DNA of 64,000 bases from the NCBI RefSeq assembly GCF_009914755.1, contig NC_060942.1; one strand, given 5' to 3'. The notes beneath the pieces are model-generated. The model saw only the letters and a list, made by a program, of their open reading frames with translations. It did no database searches and was not told the DNA's origin. The position numbers were made by a program, and so were the translations under genes. Each line of letters opens with the position of its first letter. The first letter of the stretch is position 1. The stretch comes from the human T2T-CHM13v2.0 reference genome, Homo sapiens. This document shows positions 1 to 14,046 of the stretch, one piece after another.

Positions 1-99
1 GAATAAGACCAAAATATCACAGAAATAAAATACCAACTTACAAAGTTAAATATATACATATGCATATATATAAAACTAAGGGTATACAGGACAAAAGTG

Positions 100-1725
100 A
101 GGAGAGTCTAAAATAAAGAGGCAAAATGATCTAAAAGAAAGTGATAGCTGAAGAAGGCAGACAAAGAAGATAAAACAAATGTATAATTGGAGTCTCTGAC
201 TATTAAAAACCAAATCAATGGAAAAGAATTTAAGTGTAAAACTATCATTAAAATGTAATAGTACTTTTCCAATACAAAAGACCAGAAACTACATAATGAA
301 AAGTTGCCCTGTATCTATTTGGGAGAATAGGTCCAGAATGGTCATCTTCTAGACTTGTCTTAGTAAAACTGCTATCCTTTATAGATAAAGAAAATAATTT
401 TCTGGGCTAAAACTCCAAGCCATTTAGGAAGGAAAGAAAATCAGTAAACTTCTCAATATTAACACACAAAGCAAGGTAACAATAAAGCAACTTTTAAAAT
501 GAACTCAAGGAAAAAAAGTATGAGTTGAGGAGTTATCCAGCCAAATTGTTCCCCTAGTATCAAATCCCTACATGCAGGAACTCAAAAAATAGCACATGGT
601 AAGCCTTTCCTGAGGACAATGCTGGTGAACAGGCTTCTCCTACCCAGGAAATGATAGTTTGAAAATTTTGCAAAGAGAATAGTAGTGAGCATCGAGTATA
701 TGCAATTGTAGGTCTAAGGCTAAAATGAGAATGAAAGAATAGTGTGAATATGCCTTGTGTTGGAAGAGTTAAAATAACTCAATTTTTAAAGTAGAATTCC
801 AAGAGCAAGAGAAAGGAGAAAGTACAATAATAATTGGTAATAGGTACAAGTGAAAGGATATTATTTTAAATTGTTTAACAGAAGGCCAAGGCAGTTTTTT
901 AGTAACTATTGTTTACCAAAAATGAACCCATCAAGACACAAAATTTAAAATTACCCATATCTATATAAACAAATTAGAAACTTTAAATAATCTTATCACC
1001 CTATAAACTGAGACATCTTATTGATGTTTTGACAGATAAATTCAAACTTCTAAATTCCAGATAATCCCAAAGCTATTTAATCTTTTAAAAGCACAGAAAA
1101 TGAAAGAAAGCATGGAAATATTTATATGCATGAGTATTTTATATAAAATTTTAAATATACAAAGCAGACCACCATAGATTAATCTTCCCTATGTATATCA
1201 ATGAAACATTTTATATAATGTATAATATATGTTATATTAGAAAAAATCTAATGATATATTAAAAATAATTTATCATGATCAAGTGATGTCTATTTTAGGA
1301 TTTCAAAAAAGAACCAAAGTTACTAAATCCGTTAATAATATCTAATTTATTGATAAGTCTAAGAAGAAAATGGCATTATTCTTTCCATAAATTCTGGAAA
1401 ATCATGCAAAAATACCCATTACTAATAAAAACATTTAATAAAATAATAATTATTTCTTAAATTGAGAAATTCATTCCTCCTCCCCAAACAGTTTTACTTA
1501 AAAATTTTAGACACATTCTTATAAAATCAAGATAAGAAAACCAACAATATCAGAGTTGAAGAATTGATTGGAAAGGTAAACATGTCAACAAAGAGGTTAA
1601 ATATACTTGTAAATTATATAAGACTATATGTGAAAAACCCAAGAAGCTCAATGAAGAAAAAAGGCTATAATATTGGGGAATTCAGTAAGCATTAGGGTAC
1701 AAATTTAGCATACAAAATCACTACA
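100..1725 (+). mobile_element. Ancient, highly decayed L1 (L1M/L1ME-type) ORF1-ORF2 remnants
   Basis: ORF1-like 'gtataattggagtc' (181) and 'gttatccagccaaattgtt' (~532). RT-like 'tatcatgatcaagtg' (YHDQV, 1271) and 'ggtacaaatttagcatacaaaatca' (~1697). A-rich sense strand. Boundaries approximate. Confidence 0.65.
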
Positions 1726-1774
1726 GTTCACACTCATTTGAGGAGGAAGAATGTTTTGTTTTTGTTTTGTTTTA

Positions 1775-2640
1775 AAGAAGAATGCCAGCTTATAAATATA
1801 AAGGAAGAATAGCGTTGGAAAAATCACTATTTTGATATTCATTGAAGTTATTGATTTAGGAATGGAGCATCAATGAATGTCAAAGCAATTAGTTGAAAGG
1901 ATGACAGGGAACAAGACATTCACATGACACCAACTACCAACCTACAAATTGTGTACTAATTGCCAGTTGGAAGATATACCTTAATAATGGAGAAAACTGT
2001 CAGTTGCCACCTTGAAGAAATTATCAAACATGGCACAATTAATAGTGAAATTACAAGCCCTTAATGAGATGCATCATCTGTAAGGTATTCCTGCCAAAAA
2101 TATTTAATCTGACTGTATTCAAACTTTTAGACATGTATTTTAATATTATAGAAAGTACAGAGGGCAAAGAAGTAAGTCAGACCACAAGAAACAATAAGAT
2201 AAATTCAAAAGGTGTATACTCTATAACTGGCTTGATCTTTTAAAAAAGTCAATGTATGTACATATGTAAAATATGAGTGGAGTTTGTTCTGTATCAAATA
2301 GCCTAAAGAGACCAAAAATGCAATATATGTATCTTTATTATATGCTAGTTTAAAAAGAACAGCTGTAGAAGACATTTGGAGGACAACTGGGAATGACAAT
2401 ATGAATATGGACTGGGTATTAGGAAAATGGTTTTAATTTCCCTTGGTGTGCTAATTATACTGTGGTTACTAGGTGAATTTTACTATTTTTAGAAAATGCA
2501 CTGAAAAATTATGACAGTTGCAACTTACTTTCAAATGGTTCAGCAAAAACTAGCTTGAGAAAAATATTACTAATTTTTGAATCAAGGTGTAGGCTGTATA
2601 CTCATTGTACTTTTCTATACATTTGAGTATTAAAAAGTGA
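1775..2640 (+). mobile_element. Ancient L1 3' end (L1MC/L1ME-type)
   Basis: Typical old L1 3'UTR motifs 'gacatttggaggacaactgggaa...tgaatatggactgggtattag' (2371-2422) and 'caacttactttcaaatggttcag' (2521). Confidence 0.65.
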
Positions 2641-3149
2641 GAAGATAATGGTGGAGAATTTTCCATAAAGGATGAAAAATATGATTCGCAGATTTAAGAG
2701 TGAGCAATAATAGTCAGAAAAGTAACAGCTTATGTAGGACAACTGAGCATTGGGTTTCATTAGTGAAAGGATATATGTATATTTTATAAACAGATATAAA
2801 AATGAAAAGAAAATCGAAAGTAAAGCACTAGCACTGATTACTTAATTTTCAAAACATAAAAATTCATTTGAAGAAAATACTGAATGAATATTGCTATGTT
2901 AAATAAAAGACTACAATCAAGTTATAAATATGCATGTAGATTTTAATCTTGTTTTAAAATACGACATATAGTAAGTAACACTGAAGGTTCTATGTAAAGG
3001 AAGATCAAGTAATAGATATCTTCTATTTCAGTAAAAAAACTATCTAAAAAGGAACTAATACTGAAGAAACTGTCATATTGACATTATACAGAGACTACAG
3101 TTCTACTGAGAATTATCATAGAACAATATGTTTATTCTGACAAACAAGT

Positions 3150-3345
3150 GACAGCCTAGCATAATGATGAAAAGCATGCGATCTGGAACCAGAGTGCTTC
3201 AATTGGGATTTTGGCTTTACCACTGACTAGCTGTGTGGTATTGGGCAGTTACTTTACTACTTTATGCTTCTGAAAAAGGCACTTACATCACTCTGTAAGT
3301 TCTTAGAATGGTGTGTGGCGTATTTTAAGTCCTATTTAAGCATTT
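3150..3345 (+). mobile_element. MIR SINE
   Basis: Core 'ggctttaccactgactagctgtgtggtattgggcagttactt' and 3' end 'cttagaatggtgtgtggcgta'. Confidence 0.75.
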
Positions 3346-3813
3346 GTAAAATTAAACATAACATAATTGTCTCCTGTTTTGGGTGCTAATTAGCTATTTA
3401 TATCTTAAAAACAAAATAATTTTGTATAAATTAAGTTTTCAGGGTATAATTCAAGTATCAAATGCTCCAAGACACTCTCATTTTACTTCCAGAAAAGGGG
3501 CCTGAGTTGTAACCATATTCATGGAATCAGATTTAAAAAGAAATTATAGTATAACACCAATGCTCAGATTTTCTAGCAATTATATGTAAATGATTTTTTA
3601 AAAGCAAATTACATACTCTAATCACATTTAGCACATTTTATCCTCTCTCAAAATTTCTCGCCGTAATAGTTTAATTCAACTTGTAGCAATCAAAATCATA
3701 TGGCACTAGATACTATGCTAAAGAAGGCAAAACAAAATTATATTTAAATATATTAAAATAATAAGAGTTTGGAATTTGGACTCAGAATTTTCTAGATTGA
3801 TGTGTTGTTAACA

Positions 3814-3900
3814 ATATATATACACACACACACCAGCATATGTGTGTGTGTGTGTGTGTGTATGTGTGTGTGTGTATGTTTGTGTGTGTATGTATGTATA
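3814..3900. repeat. Compound (TA)n(CA)n...(TG)n microsatellite
   Basis: Read directly. It accounts for the HTHT/VCVC ORFs at 3792-4019. Confidence 0.95.
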
Positions 3901-3978
3901 AAACTTGGGAAAATAAATAATTTAACCTCTCCAAGTTTAAATTTCCTTATCTGTAAAATGGCATTTATAATACATTTA

Positions 3979-4990
3979 AGCAAGGAGATTAAAAAGCCTC
4001 TACAGGAACTGTAAAACACTGATAAAATAAATTGTAGATGTCACAAACAAATGGAAAAACATTCTAGGCTCATGGATTGGAAGAATCAGCATCGTTAAAA
4101 TGACGATACTGCCCAAAACAATCTACAGCTTCAATGCAATCTTTATCAAATTACCAATGTCACTTTTTAACAGAATTAGCAAAAACAATCCCAAGATCTA
4201 ATCCTAAAAACGCTCAATCTCACTAATCATCAGAGAAATGCAAATTAAAACCACAATGAGACTCCTCCATCTTACACCAGTCAGAATGACTATTATTAAA
4301 AAAACAAACAAACAAAAAAAACAGATGTTGACGATGTGGAGAAAAGAGAACACTTATACACTCTTGGTGGGAATGGAAACTAATACAACCGTTATGAAAA
4401 GCAGTATAGAGATTTCTCAAAGAACTAAAAATAGAGCTACCATTTGATCTGGGTATATACCCAAAGGGTAAGAAACAATTATAGCAAAAAGATACCTGCA
4501 CTGGTATGTTTATTGAAGCACTACTCATAATAGCAAAGATCTGGAATCAATTGAAGTCTCCATCATCAGATGACTGGATAAAGAAAATGTGGTATACTAC
4601 AGTGGAATACTACTGATGGACTACTACTCAGCCATTAAAAATGAAATAATGTCTTTTGCAGCAACATGGATGGAAATGGAGGCCATTGTTCTGAGGGAAA
4701 TAACTCAGAAACAGAAAGTCAAATACAGCATGTTCTCAATGGGAGCCAAACAATGGCTACATATGGACATACAGAGCAGACACTGAAGACCACAAATGGT
4801 CGGAGGATGCAAGGGGGATGAAAGTTGAAAATTTACCTATTGAGTATAATGTTCACTATTCAGGTGATGGTTTCAGTAAAAACCCAGAATTCACCATGGT
4901 GCATGTAAGAAATGCATATGTATGTAAGAAATCCACACTTGTACCCCTAAATATATAAAAATAAAATAAATTGTAAAAAGATAAAAAAGT
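3979..4990 (+). mobile_element. 5'-truncated L1PB-type element with an internal ORF2 deletion
   Basis: ORF2 C-terminal sequence 'ctcatggattggaagaatc'. 3'UTR 'tacctattgagtataatgttcactattcaggtgatgg...cacttgtacccctaaatatataaaa' followed by an A-rich tail. Confidence 0.9.
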
Positions 4991-5154
4991 CAATAAAAAT
5001 GTATTGCATAGAGTCCCTATGAAGATTAAATCATGTATTTATAGAATTTAAACAATATTTATATAGTTCCTGATGCCTGTAGTGCTTAATATATGACCTA
5101 CCGTGTTAATGTCATAGTAATTAATCAATAAATAGTTAGGCCCGAGAGCTAGAT

Positions 5155-5350
5155 TTTATCTTGCATAGCCATACTTGTGTGTCTCTAGTTTTCAACAAAG
5201 TGCTGAGCATGTAGTGGGTGCTTAATAGATATTTGCTAACTAGCAGTTTAGAGTTATTGAACATCTACTTTGCCAGGTTCTGTGCAGAGTGTTTGGGAGA
5301 ACAAATGATGTATTCAATTTTGTCTCTTACCATGAGAAACATAGTCTAAT
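5155..5350. mobile_element. Two L2 3'-end fragments in opposite orientation
   Basis: 'gtgctgagcatgtagtgggtgcttaatagatatttg' followed by 'ttattgaacatctactttgccaggttctgtgc'. Confidence 0.55.
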
Positions 5351-5577
5351 GCTCATGAAAATCTGTTCCAAAGCTTAATATCAATTGTTCTGGCCTTCAT
5401 CTGTATAAATTCTGATCTTGATAAAGCAATTGTATAATAACTACATAAGTTAAAGTATTAGATTATTCTCATTTCCTCTAATGAAAATGCATGCATTACT
5501 TTCACTTACAAAGCCGAAGCATTGCAGGCGTAGCTTAGTAGTTACCAGTTTTCCAAATAAAAGTCTTACAATACTTA

Positions 5578-5910
<333 letters not shown>

Positions 5911-6487
5911 TTACGAACATGAAATAAATACAAATACATTTAAGAGAAACTGAATTGGGGAGATTGGTCTTGATTTCTAGCTGATTGCCAAAAGAATGAG
6001 TGACCTGTTTTTATATTCTAGTATCTTATCCTTGCATCTAGGTCTAAAAATCTTAAGGTTTCTTCTCCTCACACTTAGAAATCTTTGATAACTTGGCCAG
6101 GGACACACAATTGCTATTTGGCATAGCTATGACTTGAACATAAATCTGATCACCCACCTTTTTTCCAACCATTTAAAAATCCAGTCTCATGGTAGCCCAA
6201 ACTCATTTTTGATGGCCTAGAGAGACAACTTCTCATATACTACTGTTTTAATATAAAATAAGTACAGCATATACCTGTTAAAAATGAAAACGTTTACAAG
6301 ACAAAGCTAAGTATAAGCAAAAAAATAACCACAGTAATTTCAGAATCTCAATGTTCCTACTTAACATTTAAAATGTTTTAGAGGAAAAAAATTAAACAAG
6401 CATTATCAATTTTATGATAATGCTACAAACTATAATTCAATGCAAAATGAAGCCATTCATGTTTGCTACAAGTAGCTACTTTGAGAC

Positions 6488-6645
6488 TGAAGGAGCAGGC
6501 ACCATCTTTGCTGCTCTCCAGCCTCCTTGAGTGACATCTCTAGGCAGGGGAGCGAGTCAGATGAATAGGACCTGATGTGAACCCCTAGCAAACTACAGCA
6601 GCCCTACAGAAGAGGGACCTGACTATTGAAAGAAAAATGAACAAA
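6488..6645 (+). mobile_element. Isolated L1 5'UTR fragment (older L1PA/L1PREC-type)
   Basis: 'gaaggagcaggcaccatctttgctg...cagccctacagaagagggacctgactattgaaagaaaa' matches the distal 5'UTR just upstream of ORF1. Confidence 0.8.
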
Positions 6646-7729
6646 GGTAATTTAAACTTTTATTCTGAAGGGTAAGACTGCAGGTATGGAGATATAGAAA
6701 TGCCTTATATAACTTGTATTTGACTGACTCTAACAAAATAAATGATTCCTCACTTTAACTCAGCTTTGACATTTATTATGTATGGTAAAACATTGTATTA
6801 GAAATGGAACTGTGCTATTTTTTATTCATAGATATTTTTGGCAATTGCAAGAAATACATATAATGACTTTGTGGGCGTTGCATAATGGTACACACAACTG
6901 TCTCCTGTGTTTATGCTACTTTAAAAAATTCAACTGAAAAAGCAAAGATGTCACAACTTACCCTACTTTAGTTGCTTCAGTCAGCTAAATAATCAGAACA
7001 GAACCAAAAGAAAAAAAATACAAATGGCACAATAAAGAAAAAGTGAATTCAAACCTCAGGCTTATGATGTCCCAGGGCAGATTTTAGTTGTTCTGGTTTA
7101 AGTTCATTCCTTTTCTCCCATAACGTCTGTGTCTCACAGTTTTAACCAATATGTTACAAAGTGGTAGCCTATTTTTGGCGGGTTTCATTTTTGTGATATA
7201 TCTGCATTTCACTGGCTATGTTTGTCAACTATGAAACAATCAGCTTCCCAATTGAGGCCTCTAATTTTGCATATTTCAGGGCATAAAATATTCTTTATGG
7301 ATGAAATTTTGTCTGCTTAATCCATCTGCCAGCAAGTTCTTTTTTTCTGGCCAAATATTGCTTAGGGTCTTCAAGTGTTTCTTCATCTGTGAAATGAAAA
7401 GTGGTACTTCCAACCTAAAATGCCCTGATCTTCATGTCCCTTTGTAAGTTCAAAAATCTTTCTACAGAGTTATACACTAAACAGCAAAGAACATGGGACT
7501 CTAAATGAACTCTTAGCTGTCTCTAAGTCTCTACAGTGAAGCCCTAATGCTAAACTGGGTTTTGCCAATTTTCAGTATTTATAATTCTTTTGGAGTGTTC
7601 TAAGTCGAGTGATTTGTCCTCAGGAAAAACACTAGCCATCAATTTGCTTTTTGTGGAAAGGTAACTTTTACCCTCTAAACATAAAAGATCAACTTGGAAG
7701 GTCAAAGTTTGTAAGAAGTATAGATTGCC

Positions 7730-8108
7730 TGGATAAGCAGTTTAATTCTGTCCCCTCAAAAAGATATGTTGAAGTCCTAACCCCCAGTACCTCCGACTTA
7801 GTTTAGAAATGTGATCTAGTTTAAAGATGGGTTCTTTACTAAGGTAATGAAGTTAAGGTAATCAAGTTAAAATTAGTGAAAAGACAGAGAAAGAAGACAG
7901 CCAATTACAAGCCAAGGAACACCTAAGGTTACCAGGTGCTAGGGGAAAGGCCTGAGACAGATCTCTCTCTAGCATCTTCAGAGGGAGCATGCCCCCACTA
8001 CACCTAAATTTTGGACTTTTAGTCTACAGAACTGTGAAGCAATAAACTTCTGATTTTTTAAGCCGTGCCAGTTTCTGGTACATTATTACAGCAGCCCTTA
8101 ACAGTATG
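7730..8108 (+). mobile_element. MLT1 (MLT1C-like) MaLR solo LTR
   Basis: 'gatatgttgaagtcctaacccccagtacctc' ... 'ttggacttttagtctacagaactgtgaagcaataaacttctg' ... 'ttacagcagcccta'-like end. Confidence 0.88.
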
Positions 8109-9593
8109 CTTATACCATCATATAAGATACTCCCAACATTCTAACTCAGTTTCCTGGTAGTAACTTGTGATAACTATATTGTATTATGGTAGAATATCCT
8201 AGAAGTTTCTAGAAGCAGCTCTCAGATTAGAATAATTTCTTTCCATTATGAAATAGAGTCATTCTTGAATTTTTTTTACATCCTCATGAAATAAACCATG
8301 ATATAAAATATTTATAAAGCAAATAGCAATTTTACAACTTACTTGCTTCATCTTTGTGTTTTTAATTTACAGGTAGTTTTAGACACAAAAGATTTCTGGA
8401 GGATTTACAGAAATATTTGTATAACAAATCTCTACAGATGTTTTCCCTGTATACTGACTGTGAGAATCGTTGCTTTTATCTGTTTGTATCTTAGGGGAAA
8501 CCATCAAATAAAAGTTTAAGGATAGCTTCATTTTTATCAAGGGAGAAATGTGCAAAAATAGATAGTGAAAAAGAATGAGGCCTAAAAATAACATATTACA
8601 ATTTCAGATTTGTTTTCCCAATCCTTTATATGGTCTCAAGTAAAATTCTCTCTTTAACTTTATAGGCATTTTCAAAAATACTATAAGAATTCCAAAACCT
8701 CACTTACAAAATGTCTCCCACTCCATCCCTATCACACCACAGAATGACATCCAGATAACTTGTCAATATTTTGTAATCTTTAGAGATAAAATTAAAAATT
8801 GTAGTGACACTGGGTTCTAATCAACTGATAAGCAAATGATTAAGTATACCTTACCACAAGTGTAACAGCAATTAAGTAAATAAAACTAAGACCTAAAAAG
8901 GTAGCAGAATAACTACATGTAAAGTTTATCATGGGATAAAAGAGTATTAACTTTTTTCATAGCCTCACAATAAGATTTTTCAAAAAACCCCAACATTTAG
9001 TGGTTTTTTAATTTATAAAAGAAATCCTACAAAGCCATGAAACATATTGAGAAACTATAATAACTTATAAAGATGTTAATAAATCAGCAATACCCTATAA
9101 CTCAAGGATAAGTTCTATTTAAAATTTGAATTTTCTATCAAATATATACACATACCAAACACATGGACAAATACATCTGCATTTGATTTAATGTAATTTA
9201 AAACTAGTATATAATTATGTACTCCCATATATTTAACAAAATTACTATTATCTTTTTACCCTGTTTTGTTTAAATTTTTATCACTTTACATTATATCAAG
9301 ATAATTTCCATGACATTTGTTAATAGTTGTTTTTATAGCTCCAGCATGTTTCAGTTAACCATCTCCCAATTGTTTGGCATTTATTCTTGAATATGCTGGA
9401 AGTTTCAGAATATTTAACAGGGTGAGTGTTTGATAAACACTGTTGAAAGACAAGCTTATTATTTTTAACTTGAAGATAGATGCATCACACTTTTTGCTAA
9501 TCAACAGTAACAGAAAAATCAGAGAACTCCTTATTTCTGTTCACCCTCAACAGAATTGTTTCCTAACAATACTTTAAAATATTTTAAGAATAA

Positions 9594-9924
<331 letters not shown>

Positions 9925-10702
9925 TTATTTATTTGTTTAATTTGTACTTTATCCTAAATAGCTTTTAATTGAATCAAGCCTCTGTGGGAACATTATTTTA
10001 TTCATTGTAGTTTTTCAGAAACATAGATGGGTTCATTTTCTTATAATGTTATATTTTCTGAATTGTGTTTAATTTGGGAGGTCAAATGGCAAAATGCTGC
10101 TAAACATTAAATTTATGACAGAAACCGCCGAAGTTTGAAATCACAAATAATTTTTCATTAGTCTTCTGAATGTTCTTGAAAGAGTAATGGCAGACATTTT
10201 TTAAAAATATCACTGATAGCGAAATTATTAATTTAAGATTCTAAGAAGCAAGTTGAGGCACACAGTGGCTTGGGCTATATGGAAGAGTAGATTGGAACTC
10301 TAGATAATATAAAGGAATTAAGTAGAAAAGTAGAGCAAGCAACAAAAACAAACAAACAAACCCAAGCCTTATGCAATGCAGAGTTAACCTGGAAACCTAA
10401 GTAAGTCAAGATGGTTTATGTCAGATAAATTTTTAGGATATATTCTTAGCTATCCTGTGGATTAAGGAGCTAGTGCATCTTCCAAAATAACAAATCTTAT
10501 TGTTAGAGAGTAATGAGGCATTGAAGAATATCTTCATTGGTGTAAGAATTCACCAGAAAGGTCATCAAGAAAGACCTAGAATTTATTTTTCTCTATGCAG
10601 ACCTAGCTTAAGGCTCACCCATAAGAAATGAAATAGATTTCTAAAAGCTTCATCTATTTAGTTGCACAGATTTCAGTAGTTTGGCTTTGACTGATCATCA
10701 AT

Positions 10703-11004
<302 letters not shown>

Positions 11005-14000
11005 TGATCATCAATGTTTTCACCCCTTACATTCATTATTAGAAACAAAGTTACAGTTAGTTAAAGTGTAGATAAGTATCAACACTAGATAAAAATCATC
11101 TCAAGAAAGAGATAAAAGAAAACATGCAGGATGGCAAATATCCTGATGAAGGCGAGAAACTCTTCTGATTTAGGATTACAACAATAAGTACTTCAAAGGC
11201 TCCTTCTCATAAAGACAGAAAAATAAAGCCACTTGTGAAAGTAGTCTTCTCACTTTTCTATAAATACAAGTGGACTTGAATTTATGTGATGCTCACCCTT
11301 CAAATAAATGTTTTCTAGTGACACGAAGATTCAGAAAGTGCTTCAAAAGCAATAACTGGGATGGACGCTGTGTTGTAATAATTTGGATACACTTGACTAA
11401 TGTAGTTATTTGCAATGAGGTTGGCTCAGTGCCCAAAGCGGTGAGCAAACAAATATAGCTCGACAATTGTTTCATGCTTTCCAAGACAGCCAGAAAGATT
11501 TTTGCTCAGTCCAGGGGCGCCAGTGGTCACTGCTGACTCTGGTCAGCAAAACCTCCTTAGATATATTTTTAAACAGTCTTTGTTAAATTTACCAATGTAT
11601 TTTATATAAAAATGCTGGTGAGGCACGAGCATTTTTAATCAAATTAGTATGCAACATAAGGCAGCTGTGTATTCAAATGGGTTTTTTAGCAATTTGGTTG
11701 TTTTCCTTATAATAACAGGAAAGAACATTTTGATTTTGAAGGTGACAGAGGCAATATTACCAGAATTAAACAATCTGAATTAGCTTTTTCATGAAATGTA
11801 ATATGTTTTATGCTTTTAGATGGGATGCTCCAGTGCTTTCAGATGAGCCTTCCACTGTCACAGTCAATGACCAGGAACAGAATAAGCTCTGGAGGTAGGA
11901 TTATCCTCAAATTTAATTTTTTTTTAGAAGAAGCTAATGGCAAATGTTTCTAGCAAACTTTAGGTTCATCTATGTTATAACTAGAGAACCAAGACAGGAT
12001 ATTAAAAGAACAGATAAGTATAAAATTAGTAAACAAAGTTTGACATTTTGCTTATTCTATGAATTTAATGCTGAAAATGAATATAATCCCTAAAATCATA
12101 AACAGCAGGCATGTCAGACAAAAGCTGCAAAATTTCATTTCTTTGTCAACTTAGGTAAATTCAGAACTCTAGTACATAATAGGGTAACAAGATTACAAAT
12201 TTAACTTTAAGTTATATGATAACAATTTTTACTACTGAGAGTTTGCAGCAAGGCTGATTAAACATGCAAAGAGAGTCTCTTGTTATTTCTACACTTTGTA
12301 TGGATTTGTATTCAAAAGAGCCGCATTTAGAGTCCATCCAAATCACTATAAAGAAGGAAAATTCTTGTTCATATTGATTAAGAGGAAACAAAAACCTAGA
12401 GGAAGAGAAAAACATATATGTAGTGTTTGAGGAATATTTGGAATTTTTGAAATGAATAGCTCCTATAAAATCCTTTATTATTATTTAAGGTTAGCCTGTG
12501 TGGTTTTGAAAATGACAAGGAAGTTTCTGTGCTAGCTCCTCATAAGCCCTTTATTTTACTAATCTTTTAGGAAGCAGGATTTAAAAAAATTTTTTTTAAC
12601 AACTAGAACTACCTATTATTAACATGTATTTTGGTAGGGAAAGGTAATGCTGATAAGTTTGAAATTCCTGATATTGGTAAGTCATTTCTTCATCTTCAGA
12701 AAAGGAATGTCTAAATGTCCTTCCCTAGAAGATGCATATATAGAAACTTTCCACCCTAAAGCTGGACAAATAGAGATTAATGCCAATGATTGCAACATAG
12801 CCTAGGAGCCATATGATCTAGCTTCAAAAGAAATAATATCTGCCTAATAGAATAATAAGTGCATGCACTGGGGACCACATAGATGCTCTACAAATATTAG
12901 CAAGAGCAATGTGACCAAAGCAGGCTGCTAGTGTTCTGGATGAAAGGATTAAAGCCATCTGGTGTCTGGACATCAGCCTGAAAATCACAAGCTTCGATCC
13001 ATAAAATAATCCATTTACACAGTCTACCTACTGAGATGGCTTTCCCTACGGATTTGTTTCATTACCCCAAATCACTCCCTGTAACCTGTGGAAAGGTCTA
13101 ATGTCACCTAGATAATAATAAAGAAGAACTTATTATTTCATTTATGGAACACATTTATTACAGTGATTCAAATAGTTGAGGGCTCCATACTCAGAGGAAA
13201 AAAACGGATTGAAATGGTGGACGGACATAGGTAATACTTTGTGATGAAAACTGTATTTTCTTCTTCATGAAAAAACAAAAATGAATTAAGAATATGTTCA
13301 GTTGTCTTCCTTGTAAGAAGGGCAAGTAACTCCAAAATAAGAGTTTCCAGGGGTAAAAATAATAATTCAACATTGTAAATTCAATCAACATTTACTGATA
13401 ATATATTAGATGTCAATAGAGATAAAAATAAGTTATGGGGGTTTCCACCTTCAGAGATTGAAAAGTCGAAAAAAGAAAAATATATACAAATGAAACAACC
13501 TAAGTATACAGTCAAAGCAGTGCTGAAATTAGTAAAATGATGCTCAATGTTTCAAGAACGCATTTGTATCTCAAGTTATGTAAATTTTAAAATACAATTC
13601 AGTTTTAAAATGTATCTGGGTAACACTTTATGACAACTTTTTGTTTTGAAATTGTATTTCTGTTGCTTTAGAAAAGTATTTTGAATAATATTATACAAAA
13701 TAATAAGTACATAAAATCCTTATAATGTAATGGTAAAATATTATTTTATGTTAAAATATAGTTTTCATATACTATTTATGCTCTAAAACTTAAAACATCA
13801 TACCAGAATGTCCAAGATCTACTCAGAGCAAGGTGTCCAGTGCTTTTCTTTGCCCTTTTTGTGTAGTTAATTCACATTCTCTATCCCCGTGAAAATACAC
13901 CCTTTCCTATAATTATTAATACTTTAGTCTACTACCTACTTTAGTCTTTCCCACTGAGATGAATCCTCTTGAACTGAGTTCACTTCGCAATAAATATTTC

Positions 14001-14046
14001 CATGAGCTGTGTCATCAAATCAAATAAATATGACAGTCATTACACA

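Larger units (their letters stand above)
3762..5095 (+). mobile_element. MIR split by a microsatellite and by an L1PB insertion (MIR pieces ~3762-3975 and ~4998-5095)
   Basis: 'tttccttatctgtaaaatgg' (3942-3961) resumes after the L1 as 'catagagtccctatgaagattaaat' (5007-5031), the next part of the MIR consensus. Confidence 0.65.

Noticed and set aside
11505-11525. 'ccaggggcgcc' as a CTCF site
   Set aside because: One G short of the AGRKGGC core and a poor 5' match.
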